This document shows, piece after piece, positions 17,569 to 27,300 of a stretch of DNA of 44,661 nucleotides (the first letter of the stretch is position 1; every line of letters starts with the position of its first letter). Source of the DNA: Candidatus Peribacteria bacterium (GTDB lineage Bacteria > Patescibacteriota > Gracilibacteria > Peribacterales > Peribacteraceae); NCBI GenBank assembly GCA_903854455.1, contig CAINWJ010000159.1, forward strand, positions 1 to 44,661, read 5' to 3'. The notes under the pieces were generated by a model that did no database searches, had not been told where the DNA came from, and saw only the letters and a program-made list of their open reading frames with translations. The translations under genes were made by a program, and so were the position numbers.

Positions 17569-18665
17569 AACAAATGAATCACATCATTAAACGTGATAAT
17601 GATGATGAGCCCGATCAGAAGAAAGAACCCGATCATGTTCGTGAGCAGTTCAAAGCGCTGATTGAGCGGGCGACGGATGACGATCTCGGCAAGCACGAAG
17701 AGCAGACGACCGCCGTCGAGCGCCGGGAGCGGCAGGATGTTCAGAATGGCGAGAGAAAGACTCAGGAGCGCTACAAGCTGCAGGTACGTCATGAACCCTT
17801 CCTGCACGGCACTGGAAGTAAGTCCGTAGATGCCGACAATGCCCGTGATCCCCTCGGGAACATTGAGCCTCGTGAGGAGTGTGTGGAATAAATTGTAAAT
17901 GCCTTTGATGGTCTGCACGGTCATGAACATCATCTCGTTCCATGCCACGACAACCGACCGAAGCAGCGGACGCGTATTCGAACGGATACTGCTGTCGGCA
18001 AGTGCGATGCCGGCTTTGCCGTCAGCCAGCGGAACCGTCATCGTCACGGTCTTGCCGGTGGTCACCCGGAGTGTGTACGCGACACTCGCCTTCCCTTTCT
18101 GGAATGCGATGACTTCTTCGGGTGTCGTCACGGGATGGTTATCGACAGAAAGAATGGCAGATCCTTTGGGCACACCGGCGGTGTCAGCAGCTCCACCTTT
18201 GATGAGTGCCTGCACAAAGACACCCTTGTCTACAACCAACTCGCCGCGTGCGATGGCATCCTCGAGCTGCACCTTGGTGTAGTGGTATGGAACCCAGCGA
18301 CCAACGGAGAATCCTGCAGTGAAGAGCACGAATGCGAGGATGAAGTTCATGGCGACACCGCCACACAAAATGCAAATGCGTGCGAAGTTCCCTGCACCGC
18401 CGAAACTCCCCTTCTCAAACCGCCGCTCCACGATGACCTCATTCTCACCCTTGAGCCGGACGAAGCCTCCAAACGGCACCCAGTTCAGACTGAATACGGT
18501 GCCAGCGGCACGGAATAATGTAAGCGCACGTGGCGGCAGACCGAAGCCGAATTCCTCGACTGTTACACCGAAAAGCTTCGCGAGGAGGAAGTGACCGAGC
18601 TCGTGAATGATGATGAGCAACGTCAAGAGAAGAACGAACGCGATGACAGTGATCAGGGTGGTCAT
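17565..18665 (-). CDS. rseP: RIP metalloprotease RseP (site-2 protease)
   Basis: HELGHFLLAK (HExxH) lies in the first helix, a PDZ-like middle region follows, and the C-terminal motif is LNILPLPALDGGRL. Confidence 0.92.
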   Translation of the reverse strand: MTTLITVIAFVLLLTLLIIIHELGHFLLAKLFGVTVEEFGFGLPPRALTLFRAAGTVFSLNWVPFGGFVRLKGENEVIVERRFEKGSFGGAGNFARICILCGGVAMNFILAFVLFTAGFSVGRWVPYHYTKVQLEDAIARGELVVDKGVFVQALIKGGAADTAGVPKGSAILSVDNHPVTTPEEVIAFQKGKASVAYTLRVTTGKTVTMTVPLADGKAGIALADSSIRSNTRPLLRSVVVAWNEMMFMTVQTIKGIYNLFHTLLTRLNVPEGITGIVGIYGLTSSAVQEGFMTYLQLVALLSLSLAILNILPLPALDGGRLLFVLAEIVIRRPLNQRFELLTNMIGFFLLIGLIIIITFNDVIHLF

Positions 18666-18705
18666 GAAAACAACTTGGAAGGGAGGAACCGGACAATATC
18701 AGACA

Positions 18706-18731
18706 TGTGGATAATGAAAAAGTTTTCCACA
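18706..18731. promoter_or_regulatory. Inverted pair of DnaA boxes
   Basis: TGTGGATAA at 18706-18714 is a perfect reverse complement of TTATCCACA. TTTTCCACA at 18723-18731 matches 8/9. The spacer is 8 nt. The pair lies 41-66 nt upstream of the rseP start. Confidence 0.45.
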
Positions 18732-18813
18732 GCCACTTCGGGTTGCAGATGTTTAGGAAGAATGATGGAGAGGAAGATCCATCGATTTGTTTTCGCCGAT
18801 TGCTCAGGAGATG

Positions 18814-18842
18814 TTGACGATAGCGTCGCTTCTCTTTACCCT
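18814..18842 (+). promoter_or_regulatory. Candidate sigma70-type promoter for tRNA-Val
   Basis: TTGACG (18814-18819), a 17-nt spacer, then TACCCT (18837-18842). The tRNA begins at 18857. The -10 element is weak. Confidence 0.3.
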
Positions 18843-18856
18843 TGCCAAGCTCACTC

Positions 18857-18933
18857 GGGCAATTAGCTCAGCTGGTTAGAGCGCCACATTGACATTGTGG
18901 AGGTCACTGGTTCGAGTCCAGTATTGCCCACCA
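18857..18933 (+). tRNA. tRNA-Val (anticodon GAC), CCA encoded
   Basis: Hand fold: GGGCAAT/ATTGCCC acceptor, GCTC/GAGC D-arm, CCACA-TTGACAT-TGTGG anticodon arm and ACTGG-TTCGAGT-CCAGT T-arm, followed by A and CCA. Confidence 0.93.
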
Positions 18934-18982
18934 TTCGACTCGCTGCGGCTCGCTTATAGCAAGCCGTTTGTTGATAGGTATC

Positions 18983-19008
18983 TCACTGGTTCGAGCCTGC
19001 TCTGACGA
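18983..19008 (+). pseudogene. tRNA T-arm remnant (partial duplicate of the tRNA-Val 3' half)
   Basis: tcactggttcgag at 18983-18995 is identical to 18904-18916 in tRNA-Val. The downstream part has diverged and no full cloverleaf can be folded. Confidence 0.4.
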
Positions 19009-19023
19009 ACAATAACCCAAGTC

Positions 19024-22000
19024 CTATCTGCTGCCACCAAGGGTACTGATCCTCGCATCGATCCTCCGGAGCAAACGGTCACGTATGTTTCCGAGAATCA
19101 TTCGTGCCCCAGGAAACTGAGTCAATGCAAGTCGTTGATCGATGCGCTTGAGCAAACGCATGCGCATGAATTGAAGGAGCTGGAGAGCGGAAGAGGAGGA
19201 ATCATGAGTATCGGAGGCAGCATGAAGCACAGATGATGACGAGGAAGAAGATGCCATCGTTTGTTGTGCCGCTACCTCCATGCGACGTGCCAGTGTCTGA
19301 GAACGAGCACCTCCTGACGTCACGACGGTTGCCTGGGATGAAGCAGCGGACACTGAAGAGGAGGAGGATGACGAAGAGGAAGATGATGATGACGAAGAAG
19401 AGTCTGACGATGCTTGAGTGAAGACGCTGATCCTGTTACCGGAAGCATCTGAAACGAAAAGGCGACTTGAAGCCCCATCGTAAGTAACACCGGTGGGGTT
19501 ACTCATGCCATTCTGCGTGCCACCCCCCGCCGTACTCCGGGTGAAGTTCGGCTGTCCGAGAACGCTCAGAGCATTTTGTCCGTCAGTGATAGTGGCGATG
19601 TTCTGAATCGTGATTCTGTTATTCAAATATTCTACGATGAAGAGACGGCTCCCTGTCGGATCGTACGAGAGCCCGTAGGGATAGGAGACGCCGTTCTGCG
19701 TCGTAGCCGTCGCACTGGTATAGAAAACCGGCTGACCGAGCACGTTGTCCGGAATGCGATCGACAAACGTGCCGTTTGCATTGAGTGCATAGACGAGGAC
19801 GCGGTGATTGCCGAACTCGGAAACGAAGAGCCTGTGTCCGATAGTATCCACGGCCAGGGCGTAAGGAGATGACAACCCGAACTTGTTTGGCGCATTGCTC
19901 GACGATACTTTATTGAAGACCATGACCGGTGCCGCGATACTGTCATCCAGTTGCCCGAGACCATCGATAGCATTCTGACCGTCGGTCACGGTACTCACAT
20001 TCTGAACGATCATGCGATTATTCCCCGCATCAGAAATGAATAGGCGGTTCGATATCGGATCAAAAAGAACGCCATAGGGAGTCCTGAGGGTGTTCTGGGT
20101 GGTCCCGTAAGCACTCGCAGTGAAATTCGATTGTCCGAGGACATTCACGGCATTCTGACCGTTGACAATCGCTGCGACACTGAATGCCAGAACACGGTTA
20201 TTCTGAGTATCACTGACGAAGAGGCGACTGCCTGTCGGATCGTACGTGACGCCGAAAGGCGTATTCATGCCGTTCTGAGTCGCAGCGGAAGTGCTGCGGG
20301 AAAAGTTCGGTTGACCAAGGACGTTCGCCGCGTTTTGCCCGTCAGAAATGGACGCCACTGCCTGCACGATGACACGATTGTTGAGGTAATCCGCAATGAA
20401 GAGACGACTGTTTGTTGCATCGTAGTCGAGGCAGTAGGGATAATTCATACCGTTCTGCGTCGTGACACCCGCACTCCTCGCATAGTTCGGTTGACCTAAA
20501 ACATTCGCAGCATTCTGCCCGTCCGTGATGGAAGCAACATTCTGAACTAGCACGCGGCTATTACCGTAGTCAGCGATGAAGAGGCGGTTGCCGGCAGCAT
20601 CAAAGACCAAGCCATATGGATTGGAAATCCCGTTCTGGGTTGTGGCGGATGCACTCGATACGTAGTTCGGCTGACCCAGAATGTTCGCCGCGTTCTGCCC
20701 ATCGGTGATCGTACTGATGCTCTGAACGAGGATGCGCTTGTTGGTGTAATCGGCGATGAAGAGACGGCTGCCCGCCGGATCGTAGGCGAGACCAGTGGGA
20801 TACCCCATCCCGTTCTGCGTTACCGCAGTCACGTTGGTATAGAACACCGATTGTCCGAGGACGTTATCAGGGATGCGATCGACGAACGTGCCGTCGGCAT
20901 TCAGAGCAAACACGAGGACACGGTAGTTGTAGTAATCGGCGACGAAAAACCGATGACCCGTTGAATCCAGAGCAACGGCGCGACTGCCGCTGAGACCAAG
21001 CCTGTTCGGCAGATTCTGGACCGTTCCTTTCGTGAAAACCGGCGACGGGGCGCTGATGTTGTCATCGTATTGACCCAGAGCATCGACGGCATTCTGACCA
21101 TTAGAGATCACACTCACATCGTGGACGGAAACGCGATGATTGCCGTACTCGGCGACGAAGAGGCGACTATTCGTTGCGTCGTAGGCGATGCCGTAGGGGT
21201 TTTTGAGCCCGTTCTGCGTCGTAGCGGATGCAACAGACGAGAAGTTCGGTTGCCCGAGGACGTTCGCAGCATTCTGCCCGTCCGTGATGGAAGCAACGTT
21301 CTGCACAGTAACGCGTTGATTGCTACCCTCGGAGATGAAGAGTCGACTGTTCGTCGGATCGTACGCAAGCCCGACAGGACGATTCATGCCATTCTGCGTT
21401 GCTGCCGAGGCACCCGTCGAAAACACTGATTGCCCGAGGACGTTGTCAGGGATGCGATCGACGAAGGTGCCGTCTGCATTCAGGGCATACACGAGGACGC
21501 GGCTGTTCATGTAGTCCGCGACGAAGAGACGATGGCCCGCAGTATCGATGGCAGTGGAATAGGGCGAATACAGACCGAACTTGTTCGGATTGTTGTGCGC
21601 CGCGCCCTTGATGTAGACAGGCTGGGGCGCAATCACACTGTCGTCATACTGACCAAGTACATCCGCCGCATTCTGACCGTCGGTGATGGAAGCGACACTC
21701 TGGACAGAAACCCTGTTGTTATCTTTCTCTGAAATGAAGAGGCGGCTTGTTGCAGGTGAGTATGCAAGACCATACGGACCCTTCATACCATTCTGTGTCG
21801 TAGCGAAAGTAGCTGACGCATAGTTCGGTTGTCCCAGAACATTCGTCGCGTTCTGTCCGTCAGTGATGGAGGCGACAGTAAAAACCGTGACACGATGATT
21901 GCTGTTTTCAGCAACGAAGAGACGGCTTGTTGCCGAGTCGTAGGCGAGAAACATGGGAGTAGCCATGCCGTTCTGCGTAGTGACGTTGGTGATCTTTGTA

Positions 22001-22884
22001 TAGTTCGGTTGCCCGAGAACATTGGCGGCGTTCTGTCCGTCGGTGATCGTACTAACGCTATAGACGATGACGCGGTTATTGGTTGAGTCGGCGACGAAGA
22101 GGCGGCTGTTCGTTGAATCGTAGGCGAGACTGAAGGGATTCCTGAGCCCGTTCTGCGTCCCGGCAGATGTGCCGATCGAATAGTTCGGTTGACCCAGGAC
22201 ATTGGCGGCATTCTGTCCGTCGGTAATCGAACTGACGTTCTGAACGATGATGCGGTTATTGGTGTATTCAGAAATGAAGAGACGACTATTCGTTTCGTCG
22301 TAGACGATGCCAAAAGGAGTCTTGAGTCCGTTCTGTGTCGTGACGGCAGCATTGGAGGAATAGTTCGGCTGACCGAGGACATTCGTCGCGTTCTGTCCGT
22401 CGGTAATCGTACTGACGTTATAGACGATGACACGAATGTTGCCGTAGTCGACGACGAAGAGACGGCTGCCCGTCGAATCGTATGCGAGACTCATCGGAGA
22501 ACTCATCCCGTTCTGCGTTAATGCGGCTGTCGAGACGGAATAGGAACCTTGTCCAAGAACGTTATCCGGTATGCGATCAACGAACGTGTCGTCCGCGTTC
22601 AGCGCATAGACAAGGACACGGTTATTGGAATAATCAGCCAAGAACAGACGGTGTGCCACGGTATCGAGTGCCATCCCCTCTGGAGAATTCAGACCGAATC
22701 TATTGGGTCCGTTGCCCGCTCCGTTCTTGGAGAATACCGGTGACGGTACTGAGACATTGTCATTGTACTGACCGAGGACATCGACAGCGTTCTGACCATC
22801 CGTGAACGCCGCATGAACTTCGCCATGTACAAAAAATACTGCTCCAATGAACAGAATATTGAGGATGTATTGTTGCCAACGCAT
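19024..22884 (-). CDS. Secreted NHL-repeat beta-propeller protein (about 18 blades) with poly-Ser linker and helical C-terminal tail
   Basis: Signal peptide MRWQQYILNILFIGAVFFVHGEVHA. There are about 18 units of about 60 aa (NSRLF[VI]AD..NNRV.V..V.SITDGQNA.NVLGQPN...T.QNG...P.GLAYD). The DNA shows a 180-nt periodicity, for example at 22013, 22193 and 22373. An S-rich tract of 21 Ser in 22 residues (SSDSSS...) precedes the tail. Confidence 0.9.
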   Translation of the reverse strand: MRWQQYILNILFIGAVFFVHGEVHAAFTDGQNAVDVLGQYNDNVSVPSPVFSKNGAGNGPNRFGLNSPEGMALDTVAHRLFLADYSNNRVLVYALNADDTFVDRIPDNVLGQGSYSVSTAALTQNGMSSPMSLAYDSTGSRLFVVDYGNIRVIVYNVSTITDGQNATNVLGQPNYSSNAAVTTQNGLKTPFGIVYDETNSRLFISEYTNNRIIVQNVSSITDGQNAANVLGQPNYSIGTSAGTQNGLRNPFSLAYDSTNSRLFVADSTNNRVIVYSVSTITDGQNAANVLGQPNYTKITNVTTQNGMATPMFLAYDSATSRLFVAENSNHRVTVFTVASITDGQNATNVLGQPNYASATFATTQNGMKGPYGLAYSPATSRLFISEKDNNRVSVQSVASITDGQNAADVLGQYDDSVIAPQPVYIKGAAHNNPNKFGLYSPYSTAIDTAGHRLFVADYMNSRVLVYALNADGTFVDRIPDNVLGQSVFSTGASAATQNGMNRPVGLAYDPTNSRLFISEGSNQRVTVQNVASITDGQNAANVLGQPNFSSVASATTQNGLKNPYGIAYDATNSRLFVAEYGNHRVSVHDVSVISNGQNAVDALGQYDDNISAPSPVFTKGTVQNLPNRLGLSGSRAVALDSTGHRFFVADYYNYRVLVFALNADGTFVDRIPDNVLGQSVFYTNVTAVTQNGMGYPTGLAYDPAGSRLFIADYTNKRILVQSISTITDGQNAANILGQPNYVSSASATTQNGISNPYGLVFDAAGNRLFIADYGNSRVLVQNVASITDGQNAANVLGQPNYARSAGVTTQNGMNYPYCLDYDATNSRLFIADYLNNRVIVQAVASISDGQNAANVLGQPNFSRSTSAATQNGMNTPFGVTYDPTGSRLFVSDTQNNRVLAFSVAAIVNGQNAVNVLGQSNFTASAYGTTQNTLRTPYGVLFDPISNRLFISDAGNNRMIVQNVSTVTDGQNAIDGLGQLDDSIAAPVMVFNKVSSSNAPNKFGLSSPYALAVDTIGHRLFVSEFGNHRVLVYALNANGTFVDRIPDNVLGQPVFYTSATATTQNGVSYPYGLSYDPTGSRLFIVEYLNNRITIQNIATITDGQNALSVLGQPNFTRSTAGGGTQNGMSNPTGVTYDGASSRLFVSDASGNRISVFTQASSDSSSSSSSSSSSSSSSSVSAASSQATVVTSGGARSQTLARRMEVAAQQTMASSSSSSSVLHAASDTHDSSSSALQLLQFMRMRLLKRIDQRLALTQFPGARMILGNIRDRLLRRIDARISTLGGSR

Positions 22885-23013
22885 TGAAAGTGGTGGAAGC
22901 GTTGGAAATCATAGTATCTACTCTTCATCTAATTACATAGACGATCTGACTGAGCGGTTACTGACAAACTTCTTCAATAATGGACAGACAACAATTTCGC
23001 TACAATCCTGCTT

Positions 23014-23679
23014 ATGTTCAACATCCTCCTCGACTTCCTCTTCCCACGTCGCTCGATCGGCGGACGGGAAGGTGCCTGGATCACGGAAGATGAGCGCAAG
23101 CAAATCAAGTTAACGCCACTGTTGCTGGATAAAGAAGCATTGAAAAAGAAGGGTCTCAAATTCGTCGATGCAATCATTGCAGCCGGGAGTTACGACGACT
23201 CCCCTCTCCTCAAGAAAGCCATCCTGACCTTCAAGTACGGACGGGTACAGACACTCGGCCCGGAGCTGGGAAACTGGATGACCGGAGCGATCCATGGTCT
23301 CCTGATTCCACCTGCCAGACTTAGGGATACCACGCCGGTTCTCTGTCCGGTTCCGCTCCACTGGACGCGGAAATTCCAACGGGGATTCAACCAGGCTCTG
23401 GTGCTTGCCGAACAAATTTCCAATCGGACGAGCTGGCCGGTGCGTGAGATCGTCCGGAGGATCAGGCCGACCGGACACCAGGCATGGAGATCGCGATCTG
23501 AGCGATTGACCGCCTTGACCGATGCATTTGCATCAACCGAGCGCCGGGGGCATGCACCGCAGTACGTCATCCTGATCGATGACATCTGCACGACGGGAAC
23601 GACGCTGGACGAGTGTGCGAAAGCGCTGAAGGATGCGGGAACGGACGCTGTTGTTGCGGTAGTTGCAGCTTATGGTTGA
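23014..23679 (+). CDS. comF: ComF family protein (phosphoribosyltransferase-type, ComFC-like)
   Basis: The PRTase motif VILIDDICTTGTTLDE lies near the C-terminus, with a typical LLDFLFP N-terminus. The usual N-terminal CxxC is absent. Confidence 0.85.
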   Translation: MFNILLDFLFPRRSIGGREGAWITEDERKQIKLTPLLLDKEALKKKGLKFVDAIIAAGSYDDSPLLKKAILTFKYGRVQTLGPELGNWMTGAIHGLLIPPARLRDTTPVLCPVPLHWTRKFQRGFNQALVLAEQISNRTSWPVREIVRRIRPTGHQAWRSRSERLTALTDAFASTERRGHAPQYVILIDDICTTGTTLDECAKALKDAGTDAVVAVVAAYG

Positions 23680-23681
23680 AC

Positions 23682-23790
23682 GGGGGGTAAGGTAGGTAAA
23701 GAAAGTAAGGTATGTAAGGTTGGTTTTTGGCTTTTATATGAGCTTTTCACCTACATTACGTACCTTACCTACAATACTTACATTACCTAG
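23682..23790. repeat. Low-complexity inverted repeat, GGTAAGGTA family (locus D)
   Basis: G-arm 23682-23723 and C-arm 23748-23790. It begins 3 nt after the comF stop. The G-arm is 31/34 identical to the G-arm of locus B. Confidence 0.88.
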
Positions 23791-23867
23791 CTCCTATAAC
23801 ATTTCCTTTTCCCGTCAATCTCCCCGCCTCGCAAGAAATCGAATTTTCAGGTAAAATAAGCAGATTT

Positions 23868-24341
23868 ATGCCAACAAACACAAACCCCATCCTGGAGTGG
23901 CAGGCTGCGATGAAAGTCGACTACGAGCGTTCGACGACCTGGTACATCCGTGCCGGGATCCTCTGCCTCCTCATGATCGTCTACGGGATCCTGACTTCTG
24001 CCTGGAGTTTGGCGATCGTCTTCGCACTGTGTCCGGGGCTCTACTTCCTGGTGCGCAATCAGCCACACCCGCTCCATACGATCAGGATCTACGAGAACGG
24101 CATTGAGTGGGACGGACAGCTCCAGTCCTGGAATGAATTCAACGAGTTTTGGATCCTGCAAGGCAAGGGTTATTACGAGCTGCATGTCGGCAATCCCAAG
24201 AAATTCAAGCGCGATCTCGTGGTACTCACTGGCAACGCCGATCCGCACCAGATCCGTGATGTCATGAGTGCATACCTGCCGCAGACGACAAAGCACCGTG
24301 AACGACCGATTGATGCACTAACGCGATTTCTGAAACTCTGA
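23868..24341 (+). CDS. Small two-helix membrane protein with C-terminal PH-like soluble domain (157 aa)
   Basis: ILEWQA..YERSTTWY is followed by two hydrophobic helices and then a soluble domain (IRIYENGIEWDGQLQSWNEFNEFWIL). From memory it resembles a small membrane-protein family common in Patescibacteria. This is unverified. Confidence 0.6.
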   Translation: MPTNTNPILEWQAAMKVDYERSTTWYIRAGILCLLMIVYGILTSAWSLAIVFALCPGLYFLVRNQPHPLHTIRIYENGIEWDGQLQSWNEFNEFWILQGKGYYELHVGNPKKFKRDLVVLTGNADPHQIRDVMSAYLPQTTKHRERPIDALTRFLKL

Positions 24342-24349
24342 CAAGAAAC

Positions 24350-27300
24350 ATGATCAAGACAAACATTCATTGTCGGCTCACAGTCACCGAGCACTCGCTC
24401 CGGGAGCACAGAATGCTACGGGACGTGCCGGACCGCCGGCTGAGTGCCGATGGATATTTGCCACCGAATGATGACATGCCATCCGCTGACCAGCAGGATC
24501 AGGAAACAAGCGAACACCGATTCGAGCGATGGAAACTCGGCGGAGCAGAAGCAACGGGCACAGGTATCAGTGACATCATGAAGAGAACTCACGAGAACGT
24601 TGTCGTGATTGACCCACAGCTGGAGCTGGGAGCACTGCGCGAAAGCGATATATTGTGGGATCTGGTCTCGGTAGACGGAATCATGGACAGAGAGATGGGA
24701 GAACTACTCAAGAGTAAAGCTTCATCGGTCAACCTCACCATGAATGAGAAAGAAACCAATCTGCAGGAATTGATGTCAGCGAAACCCAAGAACGTGGGAA
24801 GCATCCTCTGGGTGATCAGAAACAATATCGAATCGGCAGAGGAGCTCAGTCAAATGCTCGAGAAACGGCTGAAGGTGCTAGGAATGCATGATCCGGCAAT
24901 GCTCCAGAAAAAATTGGAGGAACTGCGGGATACGAGTACATCCGAAGAGAAATTCGGTGTGCTTACGGAAGCAGGGATAACGAAACAAGATGTGCAACGC
25001 ATCGCAGAAAAGATTTCTGGACAGAAAGACGCTGCCAAAGAGTTAACAGATCGCACCCTGGATGCCGTGATCAATTTTCTCTGGAATACGGTTATCATCA
25101 GAAAGCGTCAAAGTCTCTTCGCAGAGCGAACGGGGAAAGAAAATCCATATACCTCGGATGCTCGCGCTGACTACATCCGGACGCTGAAGCAGCAAGAAGA
25201 GTGTGTAGAGAAATACCTGAAGGCGATGCTGCAGTCGAAGATCAAGCTCATCGGCGACCGGTTGAAGCTCTACTACACGCAAATCGGGAGGAAGGGTGCC
25301 GGGATGGATGTGAAAGATTTTGATCGTGCGTACGGACTGGAAGACCGGATGCGCGATATCGAAGGTCTGCAGGCGAAGATCGAAGCAGCAGCCGGACTGC
25401 AGCGCGGTAGAGCAGGCGGCAAGAAACCTATCGATTTCGAAAGCCTCATGACATCACTCGGAACACTGGAAACGCTGGAACGGGAAGTGGGATCGTTGCC
25501 AAGTGCGGGGAAAACAGAACTCGGCTCAGATGCAGAAGATGTGAACTTCAAGAACAATGTCGAGCAAAGTGTGGAGGAAGGAAACCGGAACGAAGACATG
25601 GCGGTCGAGATAGCCAAGTCACTCAAGCATGTCCGTGAGACGAATACCGATCCCGCTGCAACAGCGGAATTGGACAGAATGTGGGAGCGGTACCAGCCAT
25701 ACGCCGCAGGTCTGGATAGCATTGAAAGACAATTTACGTCTCAGGCTGACTGCACTGTGCATCGCATGTCGATGCGGCAGATGCCGTACCATCACATTCA
25801 ACGGGATCTCATCACGGTCTCTACCCTCACACTCGAACCAACGTACTTCTCCGACGGTTTGGCCAAACAGGAAGCAGCACGAAAGAATCATCCGAATACG
25901 AAGCAAGGACGTGAAGAGCTTAGGCAACTCCTCGGCACTTCGATTACGGGAATCCAGAAGCAGACACAGGGAGACATCGCCCGTGTCCTCTCCATCGGTC
26001 CCAATCTGGCCAAGCAAAACGAAGTACTGGAGGCTCAACTCCGCGACGCAGAGAAGCATCCGGATATCACTAAACGCGAACAGATGTTCCTCGCAGCCGC
26101 GACGGAAATCCGGGAGCTAGCGGCAGCAAATCGACTCCTGGGTGAGACTTGGGTGGTGGAAATAGATAAACCAACTGTGTTTGAAAAAATCACGCAATTG
26201 CAGCCGGGAATTGCGATGAATACATACGGATACTATGTGCTCGGCACCGGCAAGATCTATCTCAACATGAGCAGCGTCCGCCGGGATAAAGTGAACAAAC
26301 AACGAGTCATCGAGCATGAGCGCAATCACGCATTCATCGATGTGATGTGCAGACGAACCAAAGCGCTGCCGGGTCTGCTGGTGCATACGCGCATGGCTCT
26401 GGACAACGCCGCCAGTGAACAGGGAACGACCGCAGAAGAATTGCTGAAGACATTCGCGAAAGAATGCAAAATCGACATGACACATCCCGGCTGGAGAGAA
26501 CTCACGATGGATGAAGCAGCCGTCGTCTGTGCGGATTATCTGGGAGGCAAGAAGAAAACACTGACCGATGCGCAGAAGAATGTCCTCAGGACACTGGGTT
26601 TGGAGAAGAGTGCTGACGACGGAATTCCAGACCACGACTCTCTGCGACAAACAACACCGAAAGAGCAGAGGGCCAAGTCTGGTAAACAGAAAATCGGACA
26701 ACGCATGGCAGCAGATGATATTCAAGAAGGATACGAACCAGAGAGCGGTGCAGTTGAGACGAAATCAACAGAAGCGGAAGGTGAATACCCGTTCCTCAAA
26801 AATCTGGATGAGGTGAAATGGAAACTCGACCGCATCGATGACTTCATGAAAGTGTATCCGCAGAATCTCCAAGCCGATGCCGGAGAAGGGCAAAACTATG
26901 AGCAGTACATCAATGAAATCAAGAAAAGGCTCAAAGTCACGGAAAACCTCTTCACACAAAAAAACGTGGCAGATGATCGTCAAGAAAAAATACTCCAGCA
27001 GATGATTGAAGACCTTGATTTCGACACGGGAGATATCATGAAAGCCATCAAAGAATTTGATTCGAAGAGAATGGATATGACGCACGTTGCACCCAGTACA
27101 AAAAGAACACTATTCCAGAAAGCATCCGAGCGCATCGTCTGGTGCTCACTCTCCGACATCTGGGGAATGATCAAGGATGCTGGTGAAGACATCAACCGCA
27201 TGTGGAAGCGCCGTAGCGAGGATGCACGTGCCAAACTGGGACGAGCCGTCACCGCCACGTTCATCCCGGAGAAAATTCCGTACTTCGGACGTCTGCAGTA

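Noticed and set aside
18591-18866. 91-aa plus-strand ORF
   Set aside because: It overlaps the rseP 5' end, spans the DnaA boxes and the candidate tRNA promoter, and runs into tRNA-Val. It is implausible as a gene.
19356-19412. Trinucleotide-like tract as a non-coding microsatellite
   Set aside because: It is in frame within the NHL gene and encodes the poly-Ser linker. It may still vary in length, but it is coding.
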